64,000 nt of DNA from a virus. This document shows positions 7,568 to 16,568 of the stretch, one piece after another. The DNA is taken from IMG/VR virus record IMGVR_UViG_3300025030_000039, positions 60,878-124,877 of that record. One strand, written 5' to 3'. The translations under genes and the position numbers were made by a program. Numbering within the stretch: position 1 is the stretch's first letter; the number at the start of each line of letters is the position of its first letter. The notes under the pieces were generated by a model. It saw only the letters and a program-made list of their open reading frames with translations, did not search any database and was not told the origin of the DNA.

Positions 7568-9529
7568 TTATTTATATATTTCTTTTTTTAATTCATCATA
7601 AAATGAATGTAATACTGTTGGAACCATAACTTTAAATACTTCATAATTATCATCTTTAATTGCAGTTCTAACAACCGATGCACTAATATCTTCATCTGCT
7701 CTTTTAATTTCAAATAACTCAAAATCATTTAGCATATTTAATTCATCTTTATATTTATCTATTTGTATTTTGAATGTTTTTAATCTATCTGTACCTACTC
7801 CCCATTTTAGAGGTTCATATTCAGGACGTAATGAATTAAATATTTTATCTACTGATGCTGAATCAATAATAAATACATTTTCTAGAAACTCATAATTTAA
7901 TTTTAGTGCATCAAACATTCTTAATTGTAATTCTTTATCGAAAGGATTTAAATCTTTATCTTGTGAAGTCTCTTTACCTTTAACTATAAAAATTATAACA
8001 GGGAGTTTATTTGTCATATGTAATTTATTTAAAACTTTTATATGACCTAATGTAAAAGGTTGAAATCTTCCTACAAATATATTTACTTGTTGTTTTCCAT
8101 GTTCTTTATCTTTAATATTTAATGCTTCGAATGTTGAATCTTCTAATTTTTCTATATTACTTTCTAATTTATTTAATTCTTTTTTTAAAAAATCAATAGT
8201 TGGAATATTTATAGGATTACTTTCTATTGTTATAGTTATACTATTTTCAGAAACGTCTTCCTCTTCTTCATATATATTATCATTCATTTCTTTCATAATA
8301 ATATAATCACCAAAAGTTTTAAATGAATCATCAGATTCAGCTTCTGTTGCATCTTTTATTTTTCCTATTATAATATTAATTTCTTTAATAATAGGTTCTG
8401 TTAATACATTGGTAGTCTTTTTTCTCTTTTTTCTTAATGATGATAAAAATATTTTAAATAAATCTTTTAATTTATCTGATGAATTTAAATATTCTTTTGT
8501 CTTTTGATTTTTAATTAATTCAATATTTAAATCAAATTCTTTCTTTTTTGCAAAACTTGGAGTTTCAAAATCTATATCTTTGTATTTATCTATATTTTTA
8601 TTAACATACTTATTAAATATATCACAAATAATTTCAATATATCTTTCATCAGGTTTAATAGATAAAATGCCAACAGATAAAACGGATTTATTTCTTTCTA
8701 TAAATTCAATTATATCTAATAATATTATTGAATAAATATCTTTAATAGTTCTAGTATCTTGTACTTTATTTTTCTCTTGTATATTTTTTATAATTGGATC
8801 TATTATTTTTCCAATATATGTTTTATCATTGTGCTCATCAAAAAATTTAAATACAATTGAATCTATAGGTTTAATTAAATCATTATTTAATGTAGTTTTT
8901 TTAAGAGATGGATTTAAAATACTTATAATATATTTAGTAAATGAATCTGTTCCAAATATATCACCTAAAGAATCTTTATCAGTTTTTATAAAATCTTTTA
9001 TTTGATTTTTTTGCTTATCATTTAATACACCTTCAAAAATAATAGGAGGACCTTGTACTTCTAGTTTATTAGCCCATTCATTTAAAATTTTAGAATTATC
9101 TATAACTTTAATTGTTTTATTTTGATTATTTTTTACCAATATATGTGTTAATACTAAATTATTAGTAGGTAAATTATCATAAACAATATTTACTGGACTT
9201 TTATTTACAAAATATTGAAAACTAAATCTCCAATTATCTGGTATTTCTTTTAAAACAGATTTATCAATTTTATTAACAAAATGATTTCTAACAGATTCAT
9301 AATATATCATTAATGTTCTATCTATAATACTTAATGGAATTCTATCATCCCTTTTAAATATATCTATTGGGTCATTAACGATATTTTTTCTATCAGCATC
9401 TATTTTTTGAACATATACTGTAGATCCATCTAAATTTTCACTTATAATCGTATATTTTTCGAGTAATTCTTCAATAAACTTATTACCCTGTTCTTTATAA
9501 ATATCTTTTATTTCTTGTATTCCTGCCAT
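7568..9529 (-). CDS. 653 aa protein. The C-terminal roughly 190 aa form an NMN/NaMN adenylyltransferase-like (HxGH cytidylyltransferase) domain. The N-terminal roughly 450 aa are unassigned.
   Basis: NIFVGRFQPFTLGHIKVL matches the GRFQPFHxGH signature of NadM/NMNAT-type adenylyltransferases. The N-terminal part contains ISENLDGSTVYVQK, weakly reminiscent of the KxDG nucleotidyltransferase motif but lacking the Lys. Confidence 0.55.
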   Translation of the reverse strand: MAGIQEIKDIYKEQGNKFIEELLEKYTIISENLDGSTVYVQKIDADRKNIVNDPIDIFKRDDRIPLSIIDRTLMIYYESVRNHFVNKIDKSVLKEIPDNWRFSFQYFVNKSPVNIVYDNLPTNNLVLTHILVKNNQNKTIKVIDNSKILNEWANKLEVQGPPIIFEGVLNDKQKNQIKDFIKTDKDSLGDIFGTDSFTKYIISILNPSLKKTTLNNDLIKPIDSIVFKFFDEHNDKTYIGKIIDPIIKNIQEKNKVQDTRTIKDIYSIILLDIIEFIERNKSVLSVGILSIKPDERYIEIICDIFNKYVNKNIDKYKDIDFETPSFAKKKEFDLNIELIKNQKTKEYLNSSDKLKDLFKIFLSSLRKKRKKTTNVLTEPIIKEINIIIGKIKDATEAESDDSFKTFGDYIIMKEMNDNIYEEEEDVSENSITITIESNPINIPTIDFLKKELNKLESNIEKLEDSTFEALNIKDKEHGKQQVNIFVGRFQPFTLGHIKVLNKLHMTNKLPVIIFIVKGKETSQDKDLNPFDKELQLRMFDALKLNYEFLENVFIIDSASVDKIFNSLRPEYEPLKWGVGTDRLKTFKIQIDKYKDELNMLNDFELFEIKRADEDISASVVRTAIKDDNYEVFKVMVPTVLHSFYDELKKEIYK

Positions 9530-9560
9530 CAGTATTAAAATTTAATGATTATATTATATA

Positions 9561-10826
9561 TCAAAAACGAAGCAAACCCATAATTTGGTTTACAGGAGAA
9601 AAGGATCCCGTTAATTTATATCTCTTTGAATTATAAACAAATACAATTCCTTCAGAAGGCATTATTGAATCAAATCCACCTAAAGCTTCTATTTTATTTA
9701 AGTTTAATTGTAATACATCTAATAATCCTTTTCCACCAGTATTTTCTATTTCTTTAATCTTTTTATCTAAATTATCTTTAATAACTTTCACTGTATCATT
9801 AGAATTAACGGATAAAAATCCACTTATATTTTTTAAAACAGTAACACCTAATTCTGTAAAAATACTCTCAAATTTATCTCTTATATTTTGTCTAATATTT
9901 TTAATTGAATCAGATTTTTCTAGCATTTTAATAAATCCTAAATTATTTAGTTCTAATTCTTTTATTGATATAATAGTTCCATTTTTAAAAGCTAAACGTT
10001 TAGCTGCTCGTTCAAACACATCTCCGTCAAAATCAGTTTCATGTTTAGCAATACTATTTAAAATAATTTTTTTCCAAAATTCTATATGCCATTCTTCTAA
10101 TGTAGAATTATCATTCATATCCATTGAATCTCTAATATCATCAATTTTTTTATGAAAATAATTTTGTTTAACAGAAAAATCGTTATGCTTAGAAATATTT
10201 AAATAATTTGGTTCATGAACTTTAAATATGCTATTAATACTTTTATTTACTAAATTTATTACATCAACAATATTTTTAGATATTTTATTATTTTCATCAA
10301 TTGGATTTCCATCAAAATCATAACTTATAAATCCATGCATAATTATTTTAGGTGAATCATATACAATAACATTTGGAGAACTTGGATATATTATTTCAAT
10401 ATTCATAAACTTTTTACCTGTTTCAAATTCAACATCTAATATTGATTGATCTATTTTAGAAAATATTTTATTTAATTCGGTTATAGCTAATGAAAATGCT
10501 TTAGATAATTCTCCTCTATTTTCAAATTTTTGTATTAATTGATCTACTGTTAAAGCATCTTTACCATAATTTTTTAAATGACCTTTATTTCTTGCTGTAA
10601 ATAATTGTCCATGTTTCCATGTTATTGATAAAGCATATCCATCCAATTTTTCAGATATTAATTCTTCTTTATCTAAATATCCTCCAAGTGCTCTATCAAC
10701 TATCGTTTTTAAATCTTTAAATGTTAAACTATAATCTTCAAAAGGATGATTTAAATGTCCGTAACTTCCACCTTCTAAAATTAAATTTTCATTTAAAAAT
10801 TCTTCATAAGATTTTAAAAATTTCAT
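9561..10826 (-). CDS. RNA ligase, Rnl1-like, 421 aa, with a leader-like N-terminus (MKFLKSYEEFLNENL).
   Basis: Motif I EKLDGYALSI (KxDG); FMNIEIIY resembles motif III; SEGIVFVYNSKRYKLTG resembles motif IV (EGxV) plus the motif V Lys. Confidence 0.6.
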   Translation of the reverse strand: MKFLKSYEEFLNENLILEGGSYGHLNHPFEDYSLTFKDLKTIVDRALGGYLDKEELISEKLDGYALSITWKHGQLFTARNKGHLKNYGKDALTVDQLIQKFENRGELSKAFSLAITELNKIFSKIDQSILDVEFETGKKFMNIEIIYPSSPNVIVYDSPKIIMHGFISYDFDGNPIDENNKISKNIVDVINLVNKSINSIFKVHEPNYLNISKHNDFSVKQNYFHKKIDDIRDSMDMNDNSTLEEWHIEFWKKIILNSIAKHETDFDGDVFERAAKRLAFKNGTIISIKELELNNLGFIKMLEKSDSIKNIRQNIRDKFESIFTELGVTVLKNISGFLSVNSNDTVKVIKDNLDKKIKEIENTGGKGLLDVLQLNLNKIEALGGFDSIMPSEGIVFVYNSKRYKLTGSFSPVNQIMGLLRF

Positions 10827-10834
10827 TTATAAGA

Positions 10835-11320
10835 TTATTTTATGCATTCAATTATTAAATCACATTTATGTGGTCTAATTTCTAAATTGTTTAAATATTC
10901 AATTTCACTTTTTCTATAATCAGTTTCAAATGCATTTTTAAAACCAATATCTTTAACAGTTCCTATTAAATGATCAGCATCCCAAATATATTGATGTCCC
11001 CATTTTTTCATTCCTTCATTCATTAAATCAGCAGCACAAGAAGGAGTCCATCCTACTTCACTCCAATATTCTAAATCATTTTCTAAATATTTTGTTGCTA
11101 ATGTTTTTAAATTTGGCATACTCATTCTCATTCTACACCCAGGTTTTAAAACTCTAAAACATTCATTTAAAAAAGTGATAGCAGTTTCTTTGGGTAAATG
11201 TTCCATGAAGTGTTCAGAAAAAATACAATCAACTGAACTATCCTTATATGGTAATTTAGGAGCAGTCCAGTTGATTATATTTTTTTTATTAGCTTTATCT
11301 AAATTATGCCATCCATTCAT
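10835..11320 (-). CDS. Class I SAM-dependent methyltransferase-like protein (Methyltransf_11-like C-terminal motifs). The N-terminal glycine-rich SAM loop was not seen, so it is possibly truncated.
   Basis: LPYKDSSVDCIFSEHFMEHL and FRVLKPGCRMRMS match the acidic/hydrophobic motif and the RVLKPGG motif of type 11 methyltransferases. The ORF is only 161 aa and lacks the GxGxG motif. Confidence 0.45.
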   Translation of the reverse strand: MNGWHNLDKANKKNIINWTAPKLPYKDSSVDCIFSEHFMEHLPKETAITFLNECFRVLKPGCRMRMSMPNLKTLATKYLENDLEYWSEVGWTPSCAADLMNEGMKKWGHQYIWDADHLIGTVKDIGFKNAFETDYRKSEIEYLNNLEIRPHKCDLIIECIK

Positions 11321-11385
11321 AGCGTTTGGACCTGCACCTATATTTAATCTAATAGCATCTGTAGGATCAATATCAACGACAGTAG

Positions 11386-12249
11386 TTACTTTTTTTTTGA
11401 ATATTCGTCGTTTAATTCTTCTAATCTATGTTGTTTATAAAAAGTTAAGGCATCTTTAGATTCCCAGTCAGGTAACATTGAATATGCTTTTTCATATATC
11501 ATATGAATATCAGATTCTGTATTTAATTTAGCAAATATTTTTTCATTAAGATGAGTATACTTTGTTAAAAATTTATCTACTTGATTACTATCAAATACTT
11601 TATCTTTTTTGCCTTTACATGCTTCTATAATTTTTGCATCAAAATCTTCTTTTACTTTGCTATCACCTTTCCATTCAGATTTAATTTCATCCCAGAATTT
11701 TTTCTTTTTTTCTGGATCTAATTGCATTGGAGAATTAACATTATATTTTTTTAATTTACTCTTAAAAAAATCTTTATATTCTTCTTCATTAATTACTGCT
11801 TCTTTTAATTGATCTTTTTCAATTGCATCAGGAACTTTTTGATCAGCTGCATTAGTTATTTTTTTATCAGCTTCAGTATTTACAACAACTGGATCAATTT
11901 TAATTTGATCAGTAGCAGTAGCTGGAGTTTCTTTTACAACATCAATTGGATCAGGAACTTTTTGATCAGCTGCATTAGTTATTTTTTTATCAGCTTCAGT
12001 ATTTACAACTTTAGGATCAATTTGGCCTTCAATTTTATTTGGAAGTTCAGCTTCTTTTTTCTTTGCAGTTAAACCTTTATGAATTTCATCATAAAATTTT
12101 TTTCTATCATCATCACTTAGATTACTTAAATCTTTAATTTGAAATGCTTTCATTACATCATTAAATATTCCTGCAATAGCATCAGCTTCAAGAATAGAAG
12201 TTTCTTTAAACTTATTATAAATGTCAGACATTTTACCGATTTTATTCAT
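11386..12249 (-). CDS. Hypothetical protein with an internal duplicated segment.
   Basis: ORF; the duplicated peptide VVNTEADKKITNAADQKVPD is encoded by a 60 nt direct repeat. Confidence 0.4.
   Translation of the reverse strand: MNKIGKMSDIYNKFKETSILEADAIAGIFNDVMKAFQIKDLSNLSDDDRKKFYDEIHKGLTAKKKEAELPNKIEGQIDPKVVNTEADKKITNAADQKVPDPIDVVKETPATATDQIKIDPVVVNTEADKKITNAADQKVPDAIEKDQLKEAVINEEEYKDFFKSKLKKYNVNSPMQLDPEKKKKFWDEIKSEWKGDSKVKEDFDAKIIEACKGKKDKVFDSNQVDKFLTKYTHLNEKIFAKLNTESDIHMIYEKAYSMLPDWESKDALTFYKQHRLEELNDEYSKKK
11829..12008 (-). repeat. 60 nt direct repeat in two copies at 11829..11888 and 11949..12008 (120 nt period) inside the coding sequence.
   Basis: tcaggaactttttgatcagctgcattagttatttttttatcagcttcagtatttacaaca occurs twice. 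Confidence 0.7.
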
Positions 12250-12270
12250 AATTTATATTTTTTTCTTTTT

Positions 12271-12870
12271 TTATATATCACCCGTTCGTATCAAATATTC
12301 CTTAATTATCTCTAATGTAGTTATTGATGGTCTCCAATATAATTTTATTTTACTTTCAATATTATCTAATAATGTATCATAATATTCATTTTTATTATGT
12401 ATTCTATTAGGAGCTGATGATATCCAATATTCTATATCATCAAAATTAAATGTTGATTGTGCACCATATAATATATGAAATTTATTTTCTAATTCTGTAT
12501 AAGCTTTATTAAATTTAATATCTTTTAATCTATTATTTAGTCTAATTAATTCGTCATATAATATTTCTAATGTTTTATCGACATCATGTTGTGTATTATT
12601 ATCTGCAATTGTGTGATACCTCAAAAAATTTCCTATTTTATCCCTATTTATATCAAATGGTATTTTCCAATCCGTATGAATATTAAATCCAATTTTTTTA
12701 CTTACTTCTTTGGGAGCATAATTTTGTTTTAAATCTATAGGAAACTTTCTTCCATTAACCAGCCATTTAAATGTTCCATCTTGTGATTTATTCACAATAT
12801 CTTTAACAAAAGATTCATCACTAATATTTGATTTATTTAAAAATTTTTCATATTCTAATATAAATTTCAT
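12271..12870 (-). CDS. Hypothetical protein with a leader N-terminus (MKFILEYEKFLNK).
   Basis: ORF; member of the conserved N-terminal leader family. Confidence 0.45.
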   Translation of the reverse strand: MKFILEYEKFLNKSNISDESFVKDIVNKSQDGTFKWLVNGRKFPIDLKQNYAPKEVSKKIGFNIHTDWKIPFDINRDKIGNFLRYHTIADNNTQHDVDKTLEILYDELIRLNNRLKDIKFNKAYTELENKFHILYGAQSTFNFDDIEYWISSAPNRIHNKNEYYDTLLDNIESKIKLYWRPSITTLEIIKEYLIRTGDI

Positions 12871-12895
12871 TATAAATACTTATTTGATTTATATA

Positions 12896-14410
12896 TTAAA
12901 ATTTTATATTTTGCATAGTGTATGAAAATTTTTGTTCTTTATAAATTTCTTTTCTAGCTTCAGCATGCTTAAACAAATAATTAACAAAAGTTTTGCCGTT
13001 TTCTAGTTTATATCGCATATCATCAACAAAATCAATTATAATTAATTTATCTTTTCTATTATGCAAACGTAATCCACGTCCGATACTTTGACGAATTATA
13101 ATTTCTGATTTAAAACTTTCTGTAAAAAATACATTATGTATATTAGTTATATTAATTCCGGTCGAAAAAGTTCCAAATGAAGCAACTAATAATCGTTTAT
13201 CCCCTACTTCCATTAATTTTTTATAATCTTCTCTTAAATCTTTATCTGTACCACCATCAACATAATATACATCTCCTTCATAAATATTTCTTAATAAATC
13301 ATAAAGTTTTTTACCATGTTCTATTCTATGAAATAATATTAAACTATTTTTAGTTGATTTTTTAATTACATTAGCAATAAATTTTAATCTCTTATTACTT
13401 TCTGCTACATAATCTTGTTCTAATTTAAAAACTTTTTTCCTTTCATCTTCATTAGATGATTTAGATAACCATAAAAATGCCTCTTTTTGTTCATCTGAAA
13501 CATAATCCATATAAATCATTTTTACTTCACATGGACTTATAAATCCTTTATTAATTAAATAATCTGCACTAATATTTGTAATTAATGGACCTGTATTAGA
13601 CATTAAATTATATCTATCTATTGTTTGTGGTTTAGGAATAGTTCCACTTACCCCGAAACGATAATCACAATGCCAACACCTATCTAGTATTTTACAGATT
13701 GACGAACTATTTGCTTTATGTGTTTCATCTATTATAACAATATTAAATTGTTTAAAATATTCTTCATCTTTTTTAACTAATGATTGATATGTTCCTATTA
13801 CGAGATTAGTATTTTCTTTTAATTTCATTCCAGAAAATATCTGTTGTATTTTAAGTGTTACTTTTTCATCAGTATTATAATCATTAAAATCTTCAGTTGC
13901 TTGTAATACTAAAGATACATTTGGAACTATTAATAATATTTTTTCAGCTACATCATATTCTAAAAGATATGCAATAACCATAAACACTATTAACGATTTA
14001 CCGGCACTAGTAGCTAATTCAGCTAAACATCTTCTATAACGTAATATTTTATATGCGGTATCAACTTGATAATCACGCGGCTTTTTTTCGTTACCTTCAA
14101 AAAATTTATCAACCCATTTATAAAATTCTTCTTTTTCAATATCTATATTGAATAATTTTATAGTATCAATTAATTTTAATGGTAAATTATGCTCTTTAAA
14201 AACTTCCATAACTTCCATCCATAAACCAGAAGGAAGTTTATTACCCTTAACAAAACAAACGTCCCCACTCCACACACCTCGCTTCACAAGTGGATGAAAT
14301 CTCCAATTATCTATACGTTTAGTAAAACTAAGCTTAAGTTGTTCATATTCATGTTCAGTTGCTTTAGTTATGTATAAATATCTTCTATCAGGACTTAATT
14401 GTAATTCCAT
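12896..14410 (-). CDS. SF2 DNA helicase (UvsW/DEAH-like).
   Basis: Walker A ATSAGKS, motif II IIDETH, motif III SGT and motif VI QSIGRGLR. Confidence 0.8.
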   Translation of the reverse strand: MELQLSPDRRYLYITKATEHEYEQLKLSFTKRIDNWRFHPLVKRGVWSGDVCFVKGNKLPSGLWMEVMEVFKEHNLPLKLIDTIKLFNIDIEKEEFYKWVDKFFEGNEKKPRDYQVDTAYKILRYRRCLAELATSAGKSLIVFMVIAYLLEYDVAEKILLIVPNVSLVLQATEDFNDYNTDEKVTLKIQQIFSGMKLKENTNLVIGTYQSLVKKDEEYFKQFNIVIIDETHKANSSSICKILDRCWHCDYRFGVSGTIPKPQTIDRYNLMSNTGPLITNISADYLINKGFISPCEVKMIYMDYVSDEQKEAFLWLSKSSNEDERKKVFKLEQDYVAESNKRLKFIANVIKKSTKNSLILFHRIEHGKKLYDLLRNIYEGDVYYVDGGTDKDLREDYKKLMEVGDKRLLVASFGTFSTGINITNIHNVFFTESFKSEIIIRQSIGRGLRLHNRKDKLIIIDFVDDMRYKLENGKTFVNYLFKHAEARKEIYKEQKFSYTMQNIKF

Positions 14411-14712
14411 TAAATTTTATTTTTACATTCTGTACATTCTATCTTTTTAATGCATTTTTTACAATCAAAATTGTCATCAAACACATCTATCCAATAATCT
14501 GCTTTAAAGGTAATAGAAATTTCTCCTTCTTTAAAATCAGTATCAACTTCACTTGCATATAATCCTTGAAATTCATAAGGTCCTATTTGAATAGGTTCTT
14601 TAGTTTTAAAAATACTTTCTTTATTATCAAAAATACTTTCTTTATTATCTTGCTTTTGAACTTCTATTATATTAACCCATTCTCTAAGAAAGTTATATAC
14701 TGTATTATCCAT
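14410..14712 (-). CDS. Hypothetical protein with a C-terminal zinc-ribbon-like Cys cluster.
   Basis: CKKCIKKIECTECKNKI at the C-terminus. Confidence 0.4.
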   Translation of the reverse strand: MDNTVYNFLREWVNIIEVQKQDNKESIFDNKESIFKTKEPIQIGPYEFQGLYASEVDTDFKEGEISITFKADYWIDVFDDNFDCKKCIKKIECTECKNKI

Positions 14713-15148
14713 GATGTTTAATATTTAATAAATATTTTCTGTTAGAAATAGATTTAGAAGTTCTTTTTAATATTAATGAGAGTTCTCGTGGATTTAAATT
14801 ACTATTTAAAATTTTTAAATCTTCTTTTAATGAAAATCTTTTAAATTTATTTTCGTTTATTTTTTTAATTAAATACTTTATTCTAGATTTTTTAGAATAT
14901 TCTTCTTTATGTATATCATAACTTCTTTTCTGTATAGCATGCCAAGTATCTTTATGTGTTTGTCTCCATTTATAATATATCTTATTAGATTGTTCTTTAT
15001 TATTATCTCTCCAATTTTTAAAATTATTATAAGGAAAATTTGGGTCTTCTAATTTCTTTTTTTCATAAGACTTTTTCGAATATATTCGTTGATATCCAGG
15101 ATGCTTTTTTCTCCATTCTCTTTGATATTCTGCACTAGTTTGTTTCAT
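14705..15148 (-). CDS. Hypothetical basic (Lys/Arg/Tyr-rich) protein.
   Basis: ORF; composition only. Confidence 0.4.
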   Translation of the reverse strand: MKQTSAEYQREWRKKHPGYQRIYSKKSYEKKKLEDPNFPYNNFKNWRDNNKEQSNKIYYKWRQTHKDTWHAIQKRSYDIHKEEYSKKSRIKYLIKKINENKFKRFSLKEDLKILNSNLNPRELSLILKRTSKSISNRKYLLNIKHHG

Positions 15149-15782
15149 TTTCTTTAAACTTTAATGTTAATAATTTATTATCTATTTCTTTTTGATTTTG
15201 TCTTATTTTATTTACAATAATTTTATCTTCTAATAATTTAATATCTCTATTTAATCCTAAGATAATTTTTATTTTTTTATTTATCAAATCTTCTGTATTA
15301 TTATTTATTATAATAGCATCATTTAATTGTTTTAACTCATCATTTCTTATATTAATAAATTGATTTAAATCACTGCTTAATTTTATATTGTTATTTATTA
15401 ATTCCATAACATAATTTTCACTAAATAATTTAAGTACTTCGGCTTCTACATCTATGCTAGAAAATAAATGTGTGAATGTTGGAAGATGATAACATAATTC
15501 ATTAATTCTTAATGTAATATCATTTACATTTACTAATAATATCAAATCTTCTTTATCTAACATATATCCAAATTCATTTCTGAATATAATGTCTAATATT
15601 CGTCTAATAACTGGAGGAGTTAATTGAAAAGCCTTATCATTTGTTATTAAACTAAAATCAATTTTATTTAAAAATTCTTTAGCTATAATTTTATTTTTAT
15701 CATTCAAACCATTTAATAAATCACTATCTTTCCAATTAGATAATTTTAAATATTTAATTGTTTCTTCATGCATGTGTTCCAT
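15135..15782 (-). CDS. Hypothetical protein.
   Basis: ORF in a tightly packed operon. Confidence 0.4.
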   Translation of the reverse strand: MEHMHEETIKYLKLSNWKDSDLLNGLNDKNKIIAKEFLNKIDFSLITNDKAFQLTPPVIRRILDIIFRNEFGYMLDKEDLILLVNVNDITLRINELCYHLPTFTHLFSSIDVEAEVLKLFSENYVMELINNNIKLSSDLNQFINIRNDELKQLNDAIIINNNTEDLINKKIKIILGLNRDIKLLEDKIIVNKIRQNQKEIDNKLLTLKFKENETN

Positions 15783-16206
15783 CTGTTGTGTTTTTAAGTG
15801 TATACTCAGGGTAAACTAGTTCTATATTAGGACATCCTTCTACAGGTACTAAATTTGGAACAGTAAATGTTTTAGCAATAATAGTTCCAAATCTAAAAGC
15901 AAATCCAAAAAATTCAACATCTTTACTTTCTTTTTCTAGCATTGATAAAATATTTTCCCAATCATTTGGATATTCAATCTTTAACCAATCTATAAAATTT
16001 TCTTTATATGATTTTTCAATTTTTTCAGGTTTATTATATCCATTCATTTCAAATAATTCATAACTTAATTCTTCAACTCTATTAGAATATGAATTTAAAT
16101 ATGAGCATTTAACTCCTTTATCGGTAAATTCTAAAGTTTTAACTTCTACTGGAGCTAAACTTCCTAAATCTAATGAATATTTTTTATTTAGTTTTATTTC
16201 TTTCAT
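15766..16206 (-). CDS. Hypothetical protein.
   Basis: ORF in a tightly packed operon. Confidence 0.4.
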   Translation of the reverse strand: MKEIKLNKKYSLDLGSLAPVEVKTLEFTDKGVKCSYLNSYSNRVEELSYELFEMNGYNKPEKIEKSYKENFIDWLKIEYPNDWENILSMLEKESKDVEFFGFAFRFGTIIAKTFTVPNLVPVEGCPNIELVYPEYTLKNTTDGTHA

Positions 16207-16436
16207 AATATTTTTTCTATTGTTATTCTGTATAAATTAGTTCCTATTTCTCGATCTACTCTATTTTTAGCTAAATTTACCGCAAACATTAAACTTTTTT
16301 TATCATTTTTAACTATTAATGGTCCGTAATTTCCAAAAGAATTTAATATTTCAACTGCTAAATCATAATGTTCATCTTCTATGTTGATGATTTCTTTTTC
16401 AAAAGTGTGTTCACTTATATATTCTATTTGTTTCAT
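16203..16436 (-). CDS. Hypothetical protein.
   Basis: ORF; starts 45 nt downstream of a TATAAATA motif. Confidence 0.4.
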   Translation of the reverse strand: MKQIEYISEHTFEKEIINIEDEHYDLAVEILNSFGNYGPLIVKNDKKSLMFAVNLAKNRVDREIGTNLYRITIEKIL

Positions 16437-16480
16437 TTTGTTTTATTTTAAGATTTATAAATAATTGAATTATAGTATAA

Positions 16481-16488
16481 TATTTATA
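16481..16488 (-). promoter_or_regulatory. T4-type late promoter-like TATAAATA element on the minus strand, upstream of the gene starting at 16436.
   Basis: Exact tatttata on the plus strand (TATAAATA on the minus strand) in an intergenic region. Confidence 0.35.
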
Positions 16489-16490
16489 AA

Positions 16491-16568
16491 TTATTTTTCT
16501 TTATACGGAAATGTATAGACATAAATAATCATACAAATTAAAATTAATACTATAATAATAGCTGTCAT
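16491..16568 (-). CDS. Putative 25 aa hydrophobic micropeptide, MTAIIIVLILICMIIYVYTFPYKEK. Its ATG overlaps the stop of the DHH gene as ATGA.
   Basis: ORF read from the sequence; the ATG at 16566..16568 overlaps the TGA at 16565..16567. Single predicted transmembrane helix. Confidence 0.25.
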   Translation of the reverse strand: MTAIIIVLILICMIIYVYTFPYKEK

